From positions 731,643 to 795,642 of the forward strand of contig RDEW01000003.1 of assembly GCA_011109175.1 (NCBI GenBank): a DNA stretch of 64,000 nucleotides, written 5' to 3'. Made by a program: the position numbers and the translations under genes. Origin of the DNA: Dicyema japonicum (lineage: Eukaryota; Animalia; Dicyemida). This document shows, one piece after another, positions 11,200 to 24,394 of this stretch; within the stretch, counting starts at the first letter, position 1, and each line of letters opens with the position of its first letter. A model generated the notes under the pieces. The model was not told the origin of the DNA. It did not search any database and was given only the letters and a program-made list of their open reading frames with translations.

Positions 11200-11480
11200 C
11201 ATATATTTCTAGTGGAGTATTGTGTCGTATTTCTGTTATTGAATTCAATCTTGCTGTTATCAAAATGGTCGACGCTCAATTATTTTGCTAACTTCTAATC
11301 ATCAGTATTACTTCAATAACAAGATTTCTACGATTGAATACAACAGTTGTCTTGGATATTTCGTGTTCGAAAGCTACTTCGCAAACGAGATGTTCTTTCG
11401 CCCACATACACGTTACCTCCAAAATTGTTCTAAGACTTAGATGGCTACCTAAAAAACTAACAAAGCAGATCCTGTAAAAT
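11200..11480 (-). mobile_element. Probable Merlin/ISXO2-like transposase remnant
   Basis: GSHLSLRTILEVTCMWA...EHEISKTTVV resembles the Merlin GSHLSL..IL...YLW...E..IS..TVVDW region upstream of the catalytic IDES motif. Confidence 0.5.
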
Positions 11481-12104
11481 AACGCGGACAGAAAAACCCC
11501 GATCTTTTGGATATCAAAACTCTAATTTCGATTCTTTATTTAACGTTTGAGTGAGTCAATTCTACTATAGTCATATTTCATTTCCATTGTATGTAAACCT
11601 GGAGTTAATTCAACCAAGTTCTATGATGGACGATCTACTACGAACTTTTTATGCTCGAATTTCGAATAAAAATAATATAAATGGATTATACATTGAATTA
11701 AAATATTCTACCTTATATGTACCTGGAGAAGTTGTAGTTATCAATTCTGAGTGAATATCAAAACATTTTACCTTTAGTTTTATATTTTATGTGAATGATA
11801 GCAAAGCTACGACAATTCCACAAATTACACAAATTGGATTATATATAATTTTTCTAAATTTGTATTAAATGACTAAATATATGCGAGTATATTGTACTTC
11901 AAGTACCATGAGTTGTCACATAAAATTTTTGACTTTTTTAATTTGTGTTCAAACGTGTTGCTGGAATGTCTCCGAATCAAATTACACCCGAGTGCTAATG
12001 TCGGTTATTATAAGTAACCAATTCCAGTAAACATTGTATTATTATCTGTTTTTGATAATTGAATTTTCATTTTTTTTTACGACTCCGTAATAAATGATAT
12101 TTTT

Positions 12105-12425
12105 TTAGTTAGTTAAGAGCTCTTTCGCGAGCCCTAAGGGTTTTGCTTGAGCCACCCTTCGCCCACGCCATCTTGTTTATGCTTGACATTATTTTCATTG
12201 TACAATTTTATAGAGAATGAAAAAAAACAAATAATATGAAAATTTTTATTATTTTCGTATCTTGCTAAAATTCACCATACAAGGAGCCGCATCGCTAATA
12301 ATTATAGGTGGGAGGCCACCCTTCCAAAAGATGTAGAGGGTGGAAAGTTCAAACGGTTCTCTTTAGTGCATAACTTGCACCGGGCGCCACCACAACAACA
12401 GGTGAACCTCATGTCGCCACGCTAA
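12105..12425 (-). mobile_element. Divergent relative of the SINE/LINE 5'-structure family, probably non-autonomous
   Basis: GTGGCGACATGAGGTTCACCTG...GGTGGCGCCCGGTGCA...TGCAC shares the layout of 8406-8482 and the SINE; GC-rich 3' hairpin GCTCGCGAAAGAGC followed by (CTAA)n. Confidence 0.5.
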
Positions 12426-12736
12426 AGTTCAGAATTATCTTCCTCGGTGATCTTGGAGTTAAATAAATAAAAATCGCTAATAAATAAAATCAGATTTGAA
12501 ATTTTAATAGGAATTTGTCATTAGCGTCTCTTTGTTTGAACTATAACATTCAAATGTACTGAATTTACATCTGATTTCACGATGTATAAAGTCTCTGGAT
12601 TACAAATTTCCCAACAATTACATTTAATATTATTTTACATTAATGTTAATAATTATGTTTTATTTAAAAAAAAATTTATTTTTGAAATAGCACAGTGTCC
12701 TATTTTTTGTCTTAAATAAGGTAATTTCTATTAAAG

Positions 12737-12995
12737 TATTAGAGTGGCCAGTAGCGTCATGTGATCCACCTGTCTAGGTGACGACCAGTGCCAGGCCGGC
12801 ATGAAAAAGGATCATTTGCTCTCTCCCACTCCACTGGAGTGGTTTCCACAACTGCATGTAATGGACGTCTTACCCTTTATGCTGATTCCGGATGGACTCT
12901 GTATAAGTGGAAACTGGATACATACACTTAATTAGTTGTTTTTACTTTAACTTCTTTTTCTTGGTGTATCCGGGGTTAATAAATAAATAAAATAA
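12737..12995 (+). mobile_element. SINE-like family copy 2 (5'-truncated)
   Basis: High similarity to 9750-9998. Confidence 0.8.
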
Positions 12996-13429
12996 TAAAT
13001 AGGACAATTTCAGCCTTAATAATAATCATCTTATGACCAGTATGATTCCAGGTTTGTTAAAATAACAATTTCGTTTTATCGGACATCTGAAAACTTTGAG
13101 ATTAATTGGGTTAATTTGTTTTGGACTAAATTATAATAATTATGTGAAACGTAATTATGCTCAATTAGTGAATACAATAATTGGATTATTCTTTTCCTCA
13201 CCCAAATCACCCTTTATTGATCAACTTCACAAAATCCACCCCATCACAGACAATTTAAATGAAACTCTGAAGTTCCTCTCCCAAGTCTACATCCCAGAAT
13301 ATCCCTTTCAGTCTATGTGCAAATCCCCAAACAAATAAAAAATTATTATGACTAGAAAATTTCCTGGCGAATATTCTAACAACAGCATTTTATTGAACTT
13401 TCCTCAAAGAAATAATTCAAACTAACACG

Positions 13430-14130
13430 TTTATTATTTTTATTATTATTTAAGGTGCCATTGCAAAAATATCTGATTTCCTCATTTCATCCACCGAATA
13501 TAGGATCAATAAGGACATTAATGCTTAGTCTGATATGATATTACTTTTGAGTTTTTACATGCGTTTATTGTAGTGTGATAATATCAAATCTCCCTAGTCA
13601 TCATTGTAGTGGTTGACTGATAAATTATATACTTTTGAGTATTTACCCCCCAACCTGGTCAAAGATCTTATTCTACTTGCAAAATACCACTTAATGTTCC
13701 AATTTCGTGTTTGTTTACAAATGAATTGCCACTTAGTCAATAATATTCTGGTATGGCTCTACATAAAAATATAACTTCCCTTCATGTATGGCTCTTCTTC
13801 TTATTGTTTCCTCAGAATTTGACTCTGCCATCACCCACTTAGTTGATCTTGTATCGAAGAGTGTTTTGACTAACCACAGTCGAGCGTTTGTTATAACGTT
13901 AAACTTGACCCTCTGAGTGGGATATCTGAGCCTTCCGTGAATGAAACTTGACGTTCCAATCATCATTATTGAATTACGGAACATTCCCTTTATTTGTCCG
14001 TAATGACACCGGTGGACCAACCCAGTTAAAAAATGTTCCAATAAAATTTTTACTTTTTTTATTAAATAGCGGAAAACTCCACAAGCAAACATAAAATTTA
14101 AATTATCAATAAACCATCGCGTTTTATTCA
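13430..14130 (-). pseudogene. Possible highly decayed Ser/Thr receptor (TGF-beta-receptor-like) kinase remnant
   Basis: Colinear but weak, frameshifted motifs: HYGQI.G, VKFHSR, RLWLV, KSDIFAMA; no intact HRD/DFG seen. Confidence 0.2.
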
Positions 14131-14719
14131 ATCGGATTTATCTGAAATATGTTTGGTCAATTTAGTGAACCCGGGATGTCAATATTGTGTTGTTGAGTCA
14201 ATATGGAAAAGATTTTCTCGTTTCGGATAGAACAATTTAATAAGCCAATAATGACAAAAATTAACAGTTACTGGCTGCTATCATAATTGAGCATATTTAT
14301 GACAGTTTGCAAGAAAATGAGCTCAATTACGAGTTCCTTTCACTTCTATCATTTTTGAGAGACCCGTTTCTGTTTAACGGGGTCAGTGATCATATATTTA
14401 TTATCAATACTAAATAAAATATAAAGTTAATGCATCGGACCTGACCTTATTTACCACCGTAATAGCATGGGACAAACAAACAACCGTCCTGTGTGATCAA
14501 TTACTTTAAATGTAAACAAAACATCAATTATTATTCTTGGACTTTAGGAAAGTCTTCTAAGTGTTCTTTTTGTATGTTCAGACATGTCACTAGTATATTT
14601 TTTTTACTAAATAGCTCATAATAGTATTTTAAATCTTCTGGTGAAGTTGTCGAGGATGAAGGCATGACACAAAATAAAACATAGCGTGGAAACTTATCAA
14701 TTAAAATTAGAATTTAATA

Positions 14720-16225
14720 CAGGGTTTTCCTATTTATTTAATAACTTTGTCATAAAAATTTAATAACTTTGTCAAAAAATTTAATAACTTTGTCATAAAA
14801 TTTAATAACTTTGTCATAAAATTTAATAACTTTGTCAAAATGTTTAATAATTCGTCAAAAATACTTAATAACTTTGTCAAAATGTTAATAACTTTGTCAA
14901 AATGTTTAATAACTTTGTCAAGGGTCAAATTAAAAGAAACCAATTTTATAATTAATTGAAAAAAACATAAATTAAAATTCTTCATAAGCCAATGCTTTAA
15001 CTAAATAGCTCCGCATGTGGCTATACAAAATTATTGCACACATCTGATGGAATTTCTCCGATGTTTTGGATTGCGTTTATTAATTCCTCAGAGTTCCTAC
15101 AATTTTTCTTTTTGATGTTATTTTCCAAACAGAAAAAAACTCTTCAATTGGATTGAGTTGAGGAGTATAAGGAGGCAAAAAATACAATTCATACCCTATA
15201 CACGTTAAAAAATTAATTGGATACCAGTTCCGAATACAACATTTTTTAATTGTTCGCTCTTGTGAATTGATGCATTGTCACAAATCAATATGTCTTAAAT
15301 ATAATATATAACCATACTTTTTTCCCTGCATGTTCAAGCTTATAATTAAGCTGTATTACAAAATCAATGCACGTCTCCGCTATAAGAGAGAAATTGATTC
15401 CGTAATGTAAAAGGCTGTCCACAGAAAATAGCAGCACAAATAGCGAAATTTTTCTCTCTTATGTTTCTAGTACATTTTTTCGAAGTAACTCCTTTTATAG
15501 ATCTTCCAAATTTGGATCTCATCAAACAATTGACTCCCATTTCGTCTATAAAAATAAGCCTTGATTATCAACTTCAATTATTTTTCTGGCAGATCTTTCT
15601 TCCATATTTATTGTAGAATTTCTCGCCATAGGTACAAATTGAATCTTTTTAAAACTATATCCAAATTTATCTAGCGTCCTATTTATTGTCGATAAAGAAT
15701 TAAGTTTTTTTCTTTCGTCCACAATTATTTTTTTTGTTGAAGCAAAACTTCCTGTATTTTTGTATTATTTTGACGATAGAAACAACTGTCTGATAGTTAA
15801 TACAGATGTCTTCGCTTATTTTTGAATAAGCCAACCCTGCTTCATATTTATTTATAATAAGTTTTCGGTTATCTTCGGATACACTAGTATTTTTGTTTTT
15901 GTAACTATTCATTTAATTCAATTTGCGCTAAAATTTGTATTTATAGGAACTTAATAATCAATAAATATAAATAATGATCCCAAAAATATAAATAATGATC
16001 CCAAAAATATAAATATTAATCCCAAAAATATAAATAATAATCTTTACAAAGTTATTAAACATTTTGACAAAGTTATTAAAGTATTTTGACGAATTATTAA
16101 ACATTTTGACAAAGTTATTAAATTTTATGACAAATTTATTAAATTTTATGACAAAGTTATTTAAAATTTTTGACAAAGTTATTAAATTTTATGAACAAAG
16201 TTATTAAATTAAATAGGAAAACCTG
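14720..16225 (-). mobile_element. Tc1/IS630-like DNA transposon (DDE_3-type), frameshifted, with long tandem-repeat TIRs
   Basis: TA at 14718-14719 and 16226-16227; termini CAGG(G)TTTTCCTATTT inverted; HTH-like ORF 15700-15912; ILICDNASIHK and GYELYFLPPYTPQLNPIEEFF in different frames. Confidence 0.85.
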
Positions 16226-16839
16226 TAAATAAAATATTTAATTCAAATAAAATATTTTTTTTTTTAACTTTAAAGTATGTAAAGTTGTTTTAAATTTTGT
16301 TTTTTGCCGAAAAGTGAAGACCATTTTTAAAGTCTCCCATTTTGTCACTTACAATTAAAAAAATAGTTTTTGCTCCGAAAAAGGGAACCGCAATACCAAT
16401 CACATAATTAGAAAAAATAAAACATTTCGCTCACGGAGGTTATGTGTGTTATGTAGAAAAATCTTTTTTGACTTATAAATCCACAGTTTCGACTTAAAGT
16501 TGTTTAATTATTAAATTTTTATATAATCACATTACGGGAAGCTTTGGAGTTCGTTTATGAGCACAATGCGAAAATTGCAAGTTGATAAAATGAACTGAGA
16601 TCCTAGTAATTGCAGATGGGTGCTCGAATGTTGCTGAAACAACAACCCCATTTAGAAATCTCACATCATCTTATGGATCAAGTTTGATAATGTCGAGGTT
16701 CACCATGAATGTGGTGATATTTTGGAAAAAAAACTCTTCCTATCTCTACAAGATGGAATCGCAAAGAATTCATACCCAAGTTTTTTAGTTATTAACCCCG
16801 GATCACCGAGAAAAAAAGACAAATTAATGTCAACTAGTT

Positions 16840-17330
16840 GGGTGATCCCAACGTGCCACCGAAGCCTGTGCGTCTCTATTGTTCACACTGTCGAACGGAA
16901 ATGACTTCTTTTATCCTTGCAGAGGAAGTCGATTGGTGACGGAAATTTCTTAGCCAACCGATTTTCTTTAGCCTGGAACAGTGAGAGGCTTAGTGGTTGT
17001 CTATCTTCCTCGCAAATGCGGAGAAATCTGGAACCACATCTAAGAGTTGTAAATTCCTTCAGCAGGGGATGTATTTTTATTCCACATTGTGGTCCCAGCA
17101 TATGTATTGTTCTCCCTCTGCAGTAAGTTTAGTTTTGGATAGTGGCCTCTGATAACGTGTATCTCCATGCAGCAGAGGCATATTCCACGGCCGGCGATTG
17201 TTTGGCGGTATTTAATTCTGATTGCTTTATTCAGATTCGCTGAGGTCTTCTGGATGAGGGGTCGTGTGACATTCAATTTCTGTAGTCCTTTGGTGAGACC
17301 AGATCGAAGATGTCGAACCAATCCTGGCCA
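16840..17330 (-). mobile_element. Possible decayed LINE 3' region
   Basis: GC-richer island with a weak resemblance to RTE C-terminal sequence; no decisive motif. Confidence 0.25.
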
Positions 17331-17569
17331 GTAATCATATCCAGGTAGACATATATAAAATAGGGTTTTTTCATCTGAAATTTATGTAATAGATTGAATT
17401 ACAATGCATCATCAGAACAAAAGATTATTGTATTAATCGATCAAAGGTAATCACTAATAATTCAGAATGGAAACGTAAATGTCTAAATAGTTATTTCCCA
17501 GTGTTTATGTAGAAACATAAACACAATAAATTGGATACAATCAATAGATTCAAGCTGTGACCAAGGATC

Positions 17570-17645
17570 CGCGAGAGACTGGTTGGTTCCGAGAACGTAT
17601 CTCGTTGGCTATTGTTAGGGGAAATTGCATGGCCATTCAGATTCC
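17570..17645 (+). mobile_element. CRE LINE 3' tip
   Basis: WFRERISLAIVRGNCMAI. Confidence 0.55.
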
Positions 17646-18379
17646 TTAATTTAATATTTATTCATTTGATAATAAAACCATAAAATTTAAAAAAAATCAA
17701 TAGATGGAGTGTTATTTTTGAATAATGGAAGAGTGTTCATCCTTGTGAAATAACGAACGGGTTAATACGACAGCAGAGTGATATTTACAAAAAACACCAG
17801 AGGACGAACACAGAAAAACTCATTTATGCATCTAACAGCTAGAATGCTTGAATGAACGATACTTTAATTTTAAATAAGACAAAGTTTTTCGCTAAAAAAC
17901 ATTTGTTAGAATTTTAAAATTCCTTCTCTGGTTTGCACCTATTTCCATGGATCATATCCAACCGAACTGAAAGAAGGGAAATTCAATTCAATCATCAAGA
18001 GAAATCCTTCTAAATGCTATACTATGAGAATGCTACTGCACTGGCAAGTCATTTGATCGCTGATCATTCGCCCTCATCGTCCAGGATCAAACAGGACATT
18101 TGGGATATACGCAAAGAAGTGAAGGAGTGACAAAAATTATTGAGGTGCCCTGCGTACGCTCTCCAGCAATAACAAGGTTCTTTCACAAACTAAAAAAATT
18201 CTCGAGCTCATCATCCAAAAACATCCACCCGCCCGGTCGGATTACGTGACATCTGAAAAAATTAACAATTTTAATGACAGGATTTTTATAAACTAATTCC
18301 ATTCCGAAGTGAATGTTTCAATAAGGAGAAATAATCAATATATCATTCAATTATATTTTTTGCTCTTCACGAGAGTGCT

Positions 18380-18645
18380 ACAAGGGCCTGTTCAGCATCC
18401 GTAAAGGCGGAGAAGGCCAAACTCGTTGAATACGTTGACCTTCCCGATGATGTCAAATTTGTTCCCTTGCTATGGAGACTTCCGGATCCTACTCCCCCTC
18501 TACACTCGAGTTTTTCGGATGTCTTGGAAACCGGATCACCTCATGCACTGGAGATCTCCGTGAACGCCGCTGGCTATTTGAGCGAATTTCGCTCGCAATT
18601 TTGAGAGGCAACAGCCACGCAGTGAGGGCGGCAACTACCTGACTT
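18380..18645 (+). mobile_element. CRE LINE 3' end (RLE C-terminus)
   Basis: FVPLAMETSGSYSPSTLEF...GDLRERRWLFERISLAILRGNSHAVRAATT*. Confidence 0.75.
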
Positions 18646-20589
18646 CTATTGTTTAAAAATTAATTTTTTGCTTCAATAATAAAAAATAATCAATAAAGTG
18701 AGAAATAAGCATATTTGTGGTTACCGAAATATGAATGACATATTTTGACAGCAGTATTGGTACGTAAATAATATATTTGATAAATTGATCTATGAAGAAC
18801 AAGGACTTTACAGAGACACAACGATGTATGGAAGAAACTTCGCAGGGTCCAAAAGATAAATATTTGTAAGTCATTAGTAAATGCGGTGAAAAGTTCTGCT
18901 CGGAGGTTTGAGGCAAAACACAGTTCTGCTCGGTTGTTCTGATTTGGAGTCTTTGGTCGAAAAATGCGAAAAGGAGATACTAGGATAGTGTCCATACACA
19001 GCATATAGAAAGGCATTAATCTCATTGAAATTATTTCAGAATGTGGATCACTGCTAAATGGCTGGAGGAAGTGAAAATAGGAACTGCACGACTTCATCAA
19101 ACATGTATTTCGCCGAGTTAGTGGAGAGATAACAAAATTTAAAAATAGTGTTAAAATAAATAGAAATATATTTTCCACAAAAAATACAATTTTTAGGTAA
19201 AAATTTTTAAGATAAAAAGAGATAAAAGGCGATAATCAAATAATGGAGAATAATCCATATTTATAGGTTACCAAAATAAATATAATAAATTTTGATAACA
19301 ACCTTCAACATTATTTGATTAATACAATAATATATGTAATAGTGAAGCAAAAATATGACAATACATCAGAAAACAAGACACACTGACGGACAAAACAACC
19401 AGCCACCACAAAGTGGCAACCATGCGTCAAATAATATATTAATGTATTAATAGGTTAGCCATATTGTAAAAAAATTTTCAAAAATAAATATTAAATTAAT
19501 TTATATAAGTCACAAGTTGACGCTATATTCACCTAAAAAATCAAAATCAACTTATTTCACTTGAATAGTATTGAAACAACCAAATATCACTCTCTGATGT
19601 GGTCTGACTGGATACTGAAAAATTTGGAAAATCTGTTAGTATTAGCCATTTTACTGAAAAATCTGATAGTATTAGCCATTGCCATTATCGCAAGGTTATT
19701 CAACATATTAGTAACAAACCTTTTAATATGGAAGCCTTCTTACATACGAGAAATTCTGAAATCTGTATGACCCAAGAACAATCAAGCTTCATTCGGCCTG
19801 TCTCACTTCTGTGCCCAATGACCAAACTATTAAAAAAAACTAGTCATTTAAACATTTGAGGACGTTCATCATGACATGTCATTTTAACACGGGTTCAAAT
19901 AAAATGCTCAACTTACACTCATTTGACCACTTTAACTAGATAACTTTATTAGAGGTCGGAGAGGATAAGTTAGTTTTAGACAACTATGATCGGTCACTCG
20001 TGTCCCTAATCTACCTATATTATGTTGCCTGTCAAAAATCTTGACATAATCTAACGAGTATGTTTTTAACGCGAAATTCGAGCCAATTATACCGCTACAA
20101 CTCAAAGTTGGTCCCTTATGTGGATTCAAGGCAATGAGAGCACATCTGGTATAAGTCATTGTAAGCAAGGCATTCCATTAGGTGGTACCAAGAAAAAACT
20201 TTCATAGATATTTTCTCGAGTATCCAACATTTTTAGTAACTGCCTTTTTCACGTCTAACAAAGTGATAACGTAATCCAGTATTAGCAGTCCTTCTAACTA
20301 CTTGATCTTATGATCCGAATCTATTGTGTTATCATCAGTGATCAAACTAAACGGGTCACTATTTTTTTATACTTTAGAGTTTCTGTACTTCTTTACCGTA
20401 CAGACACCTCCATCCAATTCTTTCGGTATAACCTCTCAATTTATTGTCAAGACAACGCCTGTTCTTAGTGACTCCCTTAAGAGAATGTAATAATAAGCGA
20501 AAAAAATTATAAGCATTCTTCAAAAATATCAGTTTTTCATACGATTCGTAATTTCCTGATTGCATTATTAAAACTTTAGGCTATCAGAG

Positions 20590-22900
20590 ATCCGCGAGAA
20601 GAAAATTAGCGAATGTACAGTGCCTATGTACTTTTGTCACATCCAGATCGCCCACAATTTTTAAAAGAAGCAACCTCCAGAACTTTCCTGTGATTAACGT
20701 CTTCAGAGTCCCCGAGGAGAGATCCAACATTCTTGCATGTTCTCTACTTTTACTAGTTTCTCGCCGTGCAACGGGACATGCTAGTTCTTTGCGTTTTGTC
20801 TGGGTTTACTACCAGGGACCAGTCCTCCAAGCCTTGAGGGATCACTTTTAGTGTTGTCTCCAGTGTATCCCTATCCCAGCAGACAAAATCAATACCATCG
20901 GCGTAGATTACTTCCATCAAGTTAGAGAAACAATTCTTTTTTAGGAGAGGTTTTAGAGCTGCCTCTAGGTATATTATGATTAGAGCCGGAGATAACGAGT
21001 TTTCCTGTAGTCCGCCGGAGTCGGTTTTAAATCTTGTTGAGTTGTAATTTCCCACGCGCACTGATAGGGATGTGTTGAAGAGTAAAAATCTGATCATTCA
21101 TGATTCATACTCGTTTAAAATACTCTCCATTACGTGCATTAGCTTCTTGCGGTCAATCGTGTAAGTCAATTCCAAGGATTGAGATTTCTTCTTTGTTTTT
21201 CTGGCACATTGCACACATCCACCCGTGGCTTCATGCAGCATCTGCCGTCGACCTTCCAGCTCTGAATCCACGTTGACTTGGATTCAGGAACTCATTTACA
21301 GAGCCTGACAAACTATCCAGCACAACAAGGGAGAGTATTTTTCTCATCCTATTCATTGGTGTGATCGGGCGTAGGCTGTTTAGATTTCCTCTTTCCTTAC
21401 CAGGTTTCTGAATTGGGATCAATGTGCCATTACCCACATCAAATAGACTGTGACTTTGAACGTTCTGTTCAGTACTGTGCATATAAACTCAGCCACTCTG
21501 TCTGGCGCGTATTTCAATAATTCTGCATTCACGTTGTCCGGTCCAGAGGCTCTGCCATTCTTGAGCTCATCCAAGGCTGAGACGACTTCGTAATGCGTGA
21601 TGCTTTGATTAACGTCTCTGGGAATTCCTTCGAACGGTTCAAAGTGTTCATTGAGATTTAGTCGTTTTTTGTCGAGATCGGCAATTTTATTTGCTGATTC
21701 TAGCCTTTGATTATTACTTTTTTCTGTATCATAAAAAACTGTGATTCTTTCCGGTCTGGTATTGCGAGATAATTGTTTAACCGCAGTTAACATTCTTGCA
21801 CACTGAATGTACCTTTCAGCGTCTTTTGTCAAGTTATCCAGTGTATGCCAGGCTAGTTCCCTCACTCTTCTCTTTATTTTGTATTTGATTCTGTTGCGTT
21901 CTCTTTTAATAGAGTCAGTTTGGCTTGTCGAGTCTGACAACTCTATTAAGAGTCGGAGTTTCCTTTTTTTGTAACAGTTCTTCGATTTCTTTGTCAAAAG
22001 TTCCCTTGAACCTCCTTGGGCGATTTCCCAGTACCATTCCAGCAGGCTGTCTGACTCTGATAGAAATATACTTTTTACGAGTATTGTCTAAAGCATATAG
22101 CGCCTCCATGGCTAAGGTCCTGCTCCGCTTACATGCTGCCAGTGCTCCAGAGATTCCAAAGCGTCGCTTTATAATGAGACGTGCCACTAGTAATCTGTGA
22201 TCACTCGAGGTCATTATACCACTGCACGTTCAGGAGTCTGTGAGTAGCCCCTTCTGTGATTGCCTGCATAGTATGAGGTCAATTTGATTAATTATATGGA
22301 CTCGATTTCCACAGGAGTCTCTTCTCTGCCCTGTCCACGTCGTAATATATCGTGCTGCAAGCGGAACCTCGTGTTACAAAGGAATAGTCTAAATGACTCG
22401 CAGAAATGTATAAAGGCCTCCCCGGACAAATATCTGATCTATCCAGCGTGGCTGCCCAAGCAATTGGCTCGTCCCGCTTTTCCCCCAGTTTTGAATTCCA
22501 GTCTCCCTCCATGAAGAGCATGTAGGAGTCTGACAGGGTGGTAGAAGCCAATGACGAGTAGAAATTGTCAAGTTCCTCTGCATACACTCACTGTTGTCGG
22601 TGCATATAATAATCAATAGAGTAGTATTACGGTTGTTTCCGAGACGTAGTTAAAGGACGGCAATCCTGTCGTCGATATTCCACTCTATGACCCACCACAG
22701 ATGCGCCCACGTGTATAGTGACCTAATCCCACAATGTCGACAGTCTGGCGCCAACAGGAGCAGTCTATACCCGTCATTGTTTCATCCAGGTCATTGGGGA
22801 CTTAAGTTTCCTGGAGACAGCATATACCTCTCACATTGAATAATCCAATAGTGAACAGGAAAGATTGAATCCATGAAGAAGACATTTGTGCAAAGGAGGG
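20590..22900 (-). mobile_element. Longest copy of the RTE-like LINE (APE + RT), decayed and 3'-truncated
   Basis: APE: IG.FNVR, CCLQET, DDRIAVL, GDWNSKLG, SDHRLL; RT: GRASGPDNVNAELLKY, LIPIQKPGK...LRPI, SQRGFRAGRSTAD, LSPAL..IYLE, YADG. Confidence 0.9.
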
Positions 22901-23099
22901 ACGTCACCACCTCAACCAAATAAATATGCGTAGATATTTACATCAACTTAACTGGTTCAAGTACCCAACATGGATCTAAACTATTGAGATTCCAACTACA
23001 ATGTCCACCTTTGTCAAAAATTTAGTATTCCCAACTTTGAGTCCGTAACTTTATGAAAATTGATGTCCCCTACTTGTGAAACAAAACTAGGCTGATAGT

Positions 23100-23580
23100 C
23101 TTCACAACCGAGAAGTCGTATTCAAATACACGTGAAAGTTCTTAAGGGCATCAAAGAGACAGCTAGAAGGTCTTTTTACCTGATATGTTGACCAGGTTTC
23201 TGATAAACGATTTAGAGAAGCTAAGAACTTTTCACAGAAGCCAACTGAGCATTTTGACTGGAATCTTCAGGCAGAAAAAATCTCTAGAAAAACTATGTAA
23301 TCTAGACCAATTAGAATAGACGTTATTTTATCGAGATGGTAGTTATTTGGAAATATCCTTAGACTGGACCCGACTACGTCGTGTAACAGAATAATAGAAG
23401 AATATTTCTACTGCGCAGGAGTCAAGAATTTCGAAGCAGACCAAGAAATACACTTCTAAATTGCTTAGAAGATGATTGCGAAACAACAGGTCGTAAATAC
23501 ATGACAGCAGACGATCTGGACAATATTCGAATGAGGGCCAGAAACAAGATGGCATGGGTGAGGATAGCAAGGAGGATCAG
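23100..23580 (+). mobile_element. RTE-like LINE 3' fragment
   Basis: KLRTFHRSQL, SRW*LFGNILRLDP, RPRNTLLNCLEDD. Confidence 0.6.
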
Positions 23581-24072
23581 TGCAAAGCATGGCTCAAGCG
23601 AAACACTATTAGCGCTACAAGAAATAGCCCTTAACTTACTAACTCTTCTTTGGGTGAGTTAATGTTTTGTTGGTGCACTAAGTTGTGCTATTTTGACTGT
23701 GTGAAGAAGTGGATCGATAACTGTCAAAAATCGTAGTGCTCTCACAGTAGATAATTTTGCTTATTGTCGTTGGACCGGTGAGGTAATTAAGCAATAGATC
23801 ATTTTATTCTTGAGGATTTTAGAGTTCGAATAAGAAATTGGACCAGGTCTCTGAGTGGAAGTGGTCGACTTTGTTCTTTTAAGTAATCAAGATGATTCAC
23901 ATCATATTTCATATTGATATGCTAATTCCTCTTTGATGTGAATTTATATTTTATTCTGATAATTCTCTATTTTAACCAATTTTGGAATTTAATAAGTTTT
24001 CTGTTTAATAAAAAAACAGACAAATTTGTGATTAACTAGAAAATTACTCTTTATTTTGCAATATAAATCAAT

Positions 24073-24309
24073 ATGTTGACTCCACCAAACACTGCAATGG
24101 AGAACTATTTCGAACAACTGAAGGGATCATTCCGTGGCAGGCCTAGAGTGACGTTGCCTTCAGTACTAAATGATGACCTAATCAGAATAAACAAAACTCT
24201 ACGAAATGGTGAAGATCTTGACTCACTACAAGCAATGTCCCGGAACAGGGAAACATGGAAGAGGATGTGTGGGAGGATTCTGGACGTGGCACATGGGGAA
24301 CTTAATTAA
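24073..24309 (+). mobile_element. RTE-like LINE 3' tip
   Basis: ORF: PNTAMENYF...FRGRPRVTLPSVLNDDL...DLDSLQAMSRNRETWK. Confidence 0.75.
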
Positions 24310-24394
24310 TCTAATTAATTTTTGATTTCCCGGGAGTGCTTAAAAAAATCAATCAGGCTTAAGTCCCCAAGAGCCAGTGAACATTCCTCTAAAC

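Noticed and set aside
12120-12160. Pistol ribozyme (AGCCCTAAG)
   Set aside because: No upstream P1 with a complementary loop; better explained as a retroelement 3' hairpin.
14734-14985. ORFs 14734-14985 and 15958-16176 as proteins
   Set aside because: They are translations of the transposon's terminal tandem repeats.
18690-19178. Hydrophobic-start ORFs (also 13096-13338, 45110-45448, 45894-46373, 60213-60620) as genes
   Set aside because: No recognisable domains; AT-rich composition readily yields such ORFs. They cannot be supported without expression or homology data.
19930-20560. Second decayed kinase
   Set aside because: Only vague resemblances (GRLGTR); no HRD, DFG or APE motifs.
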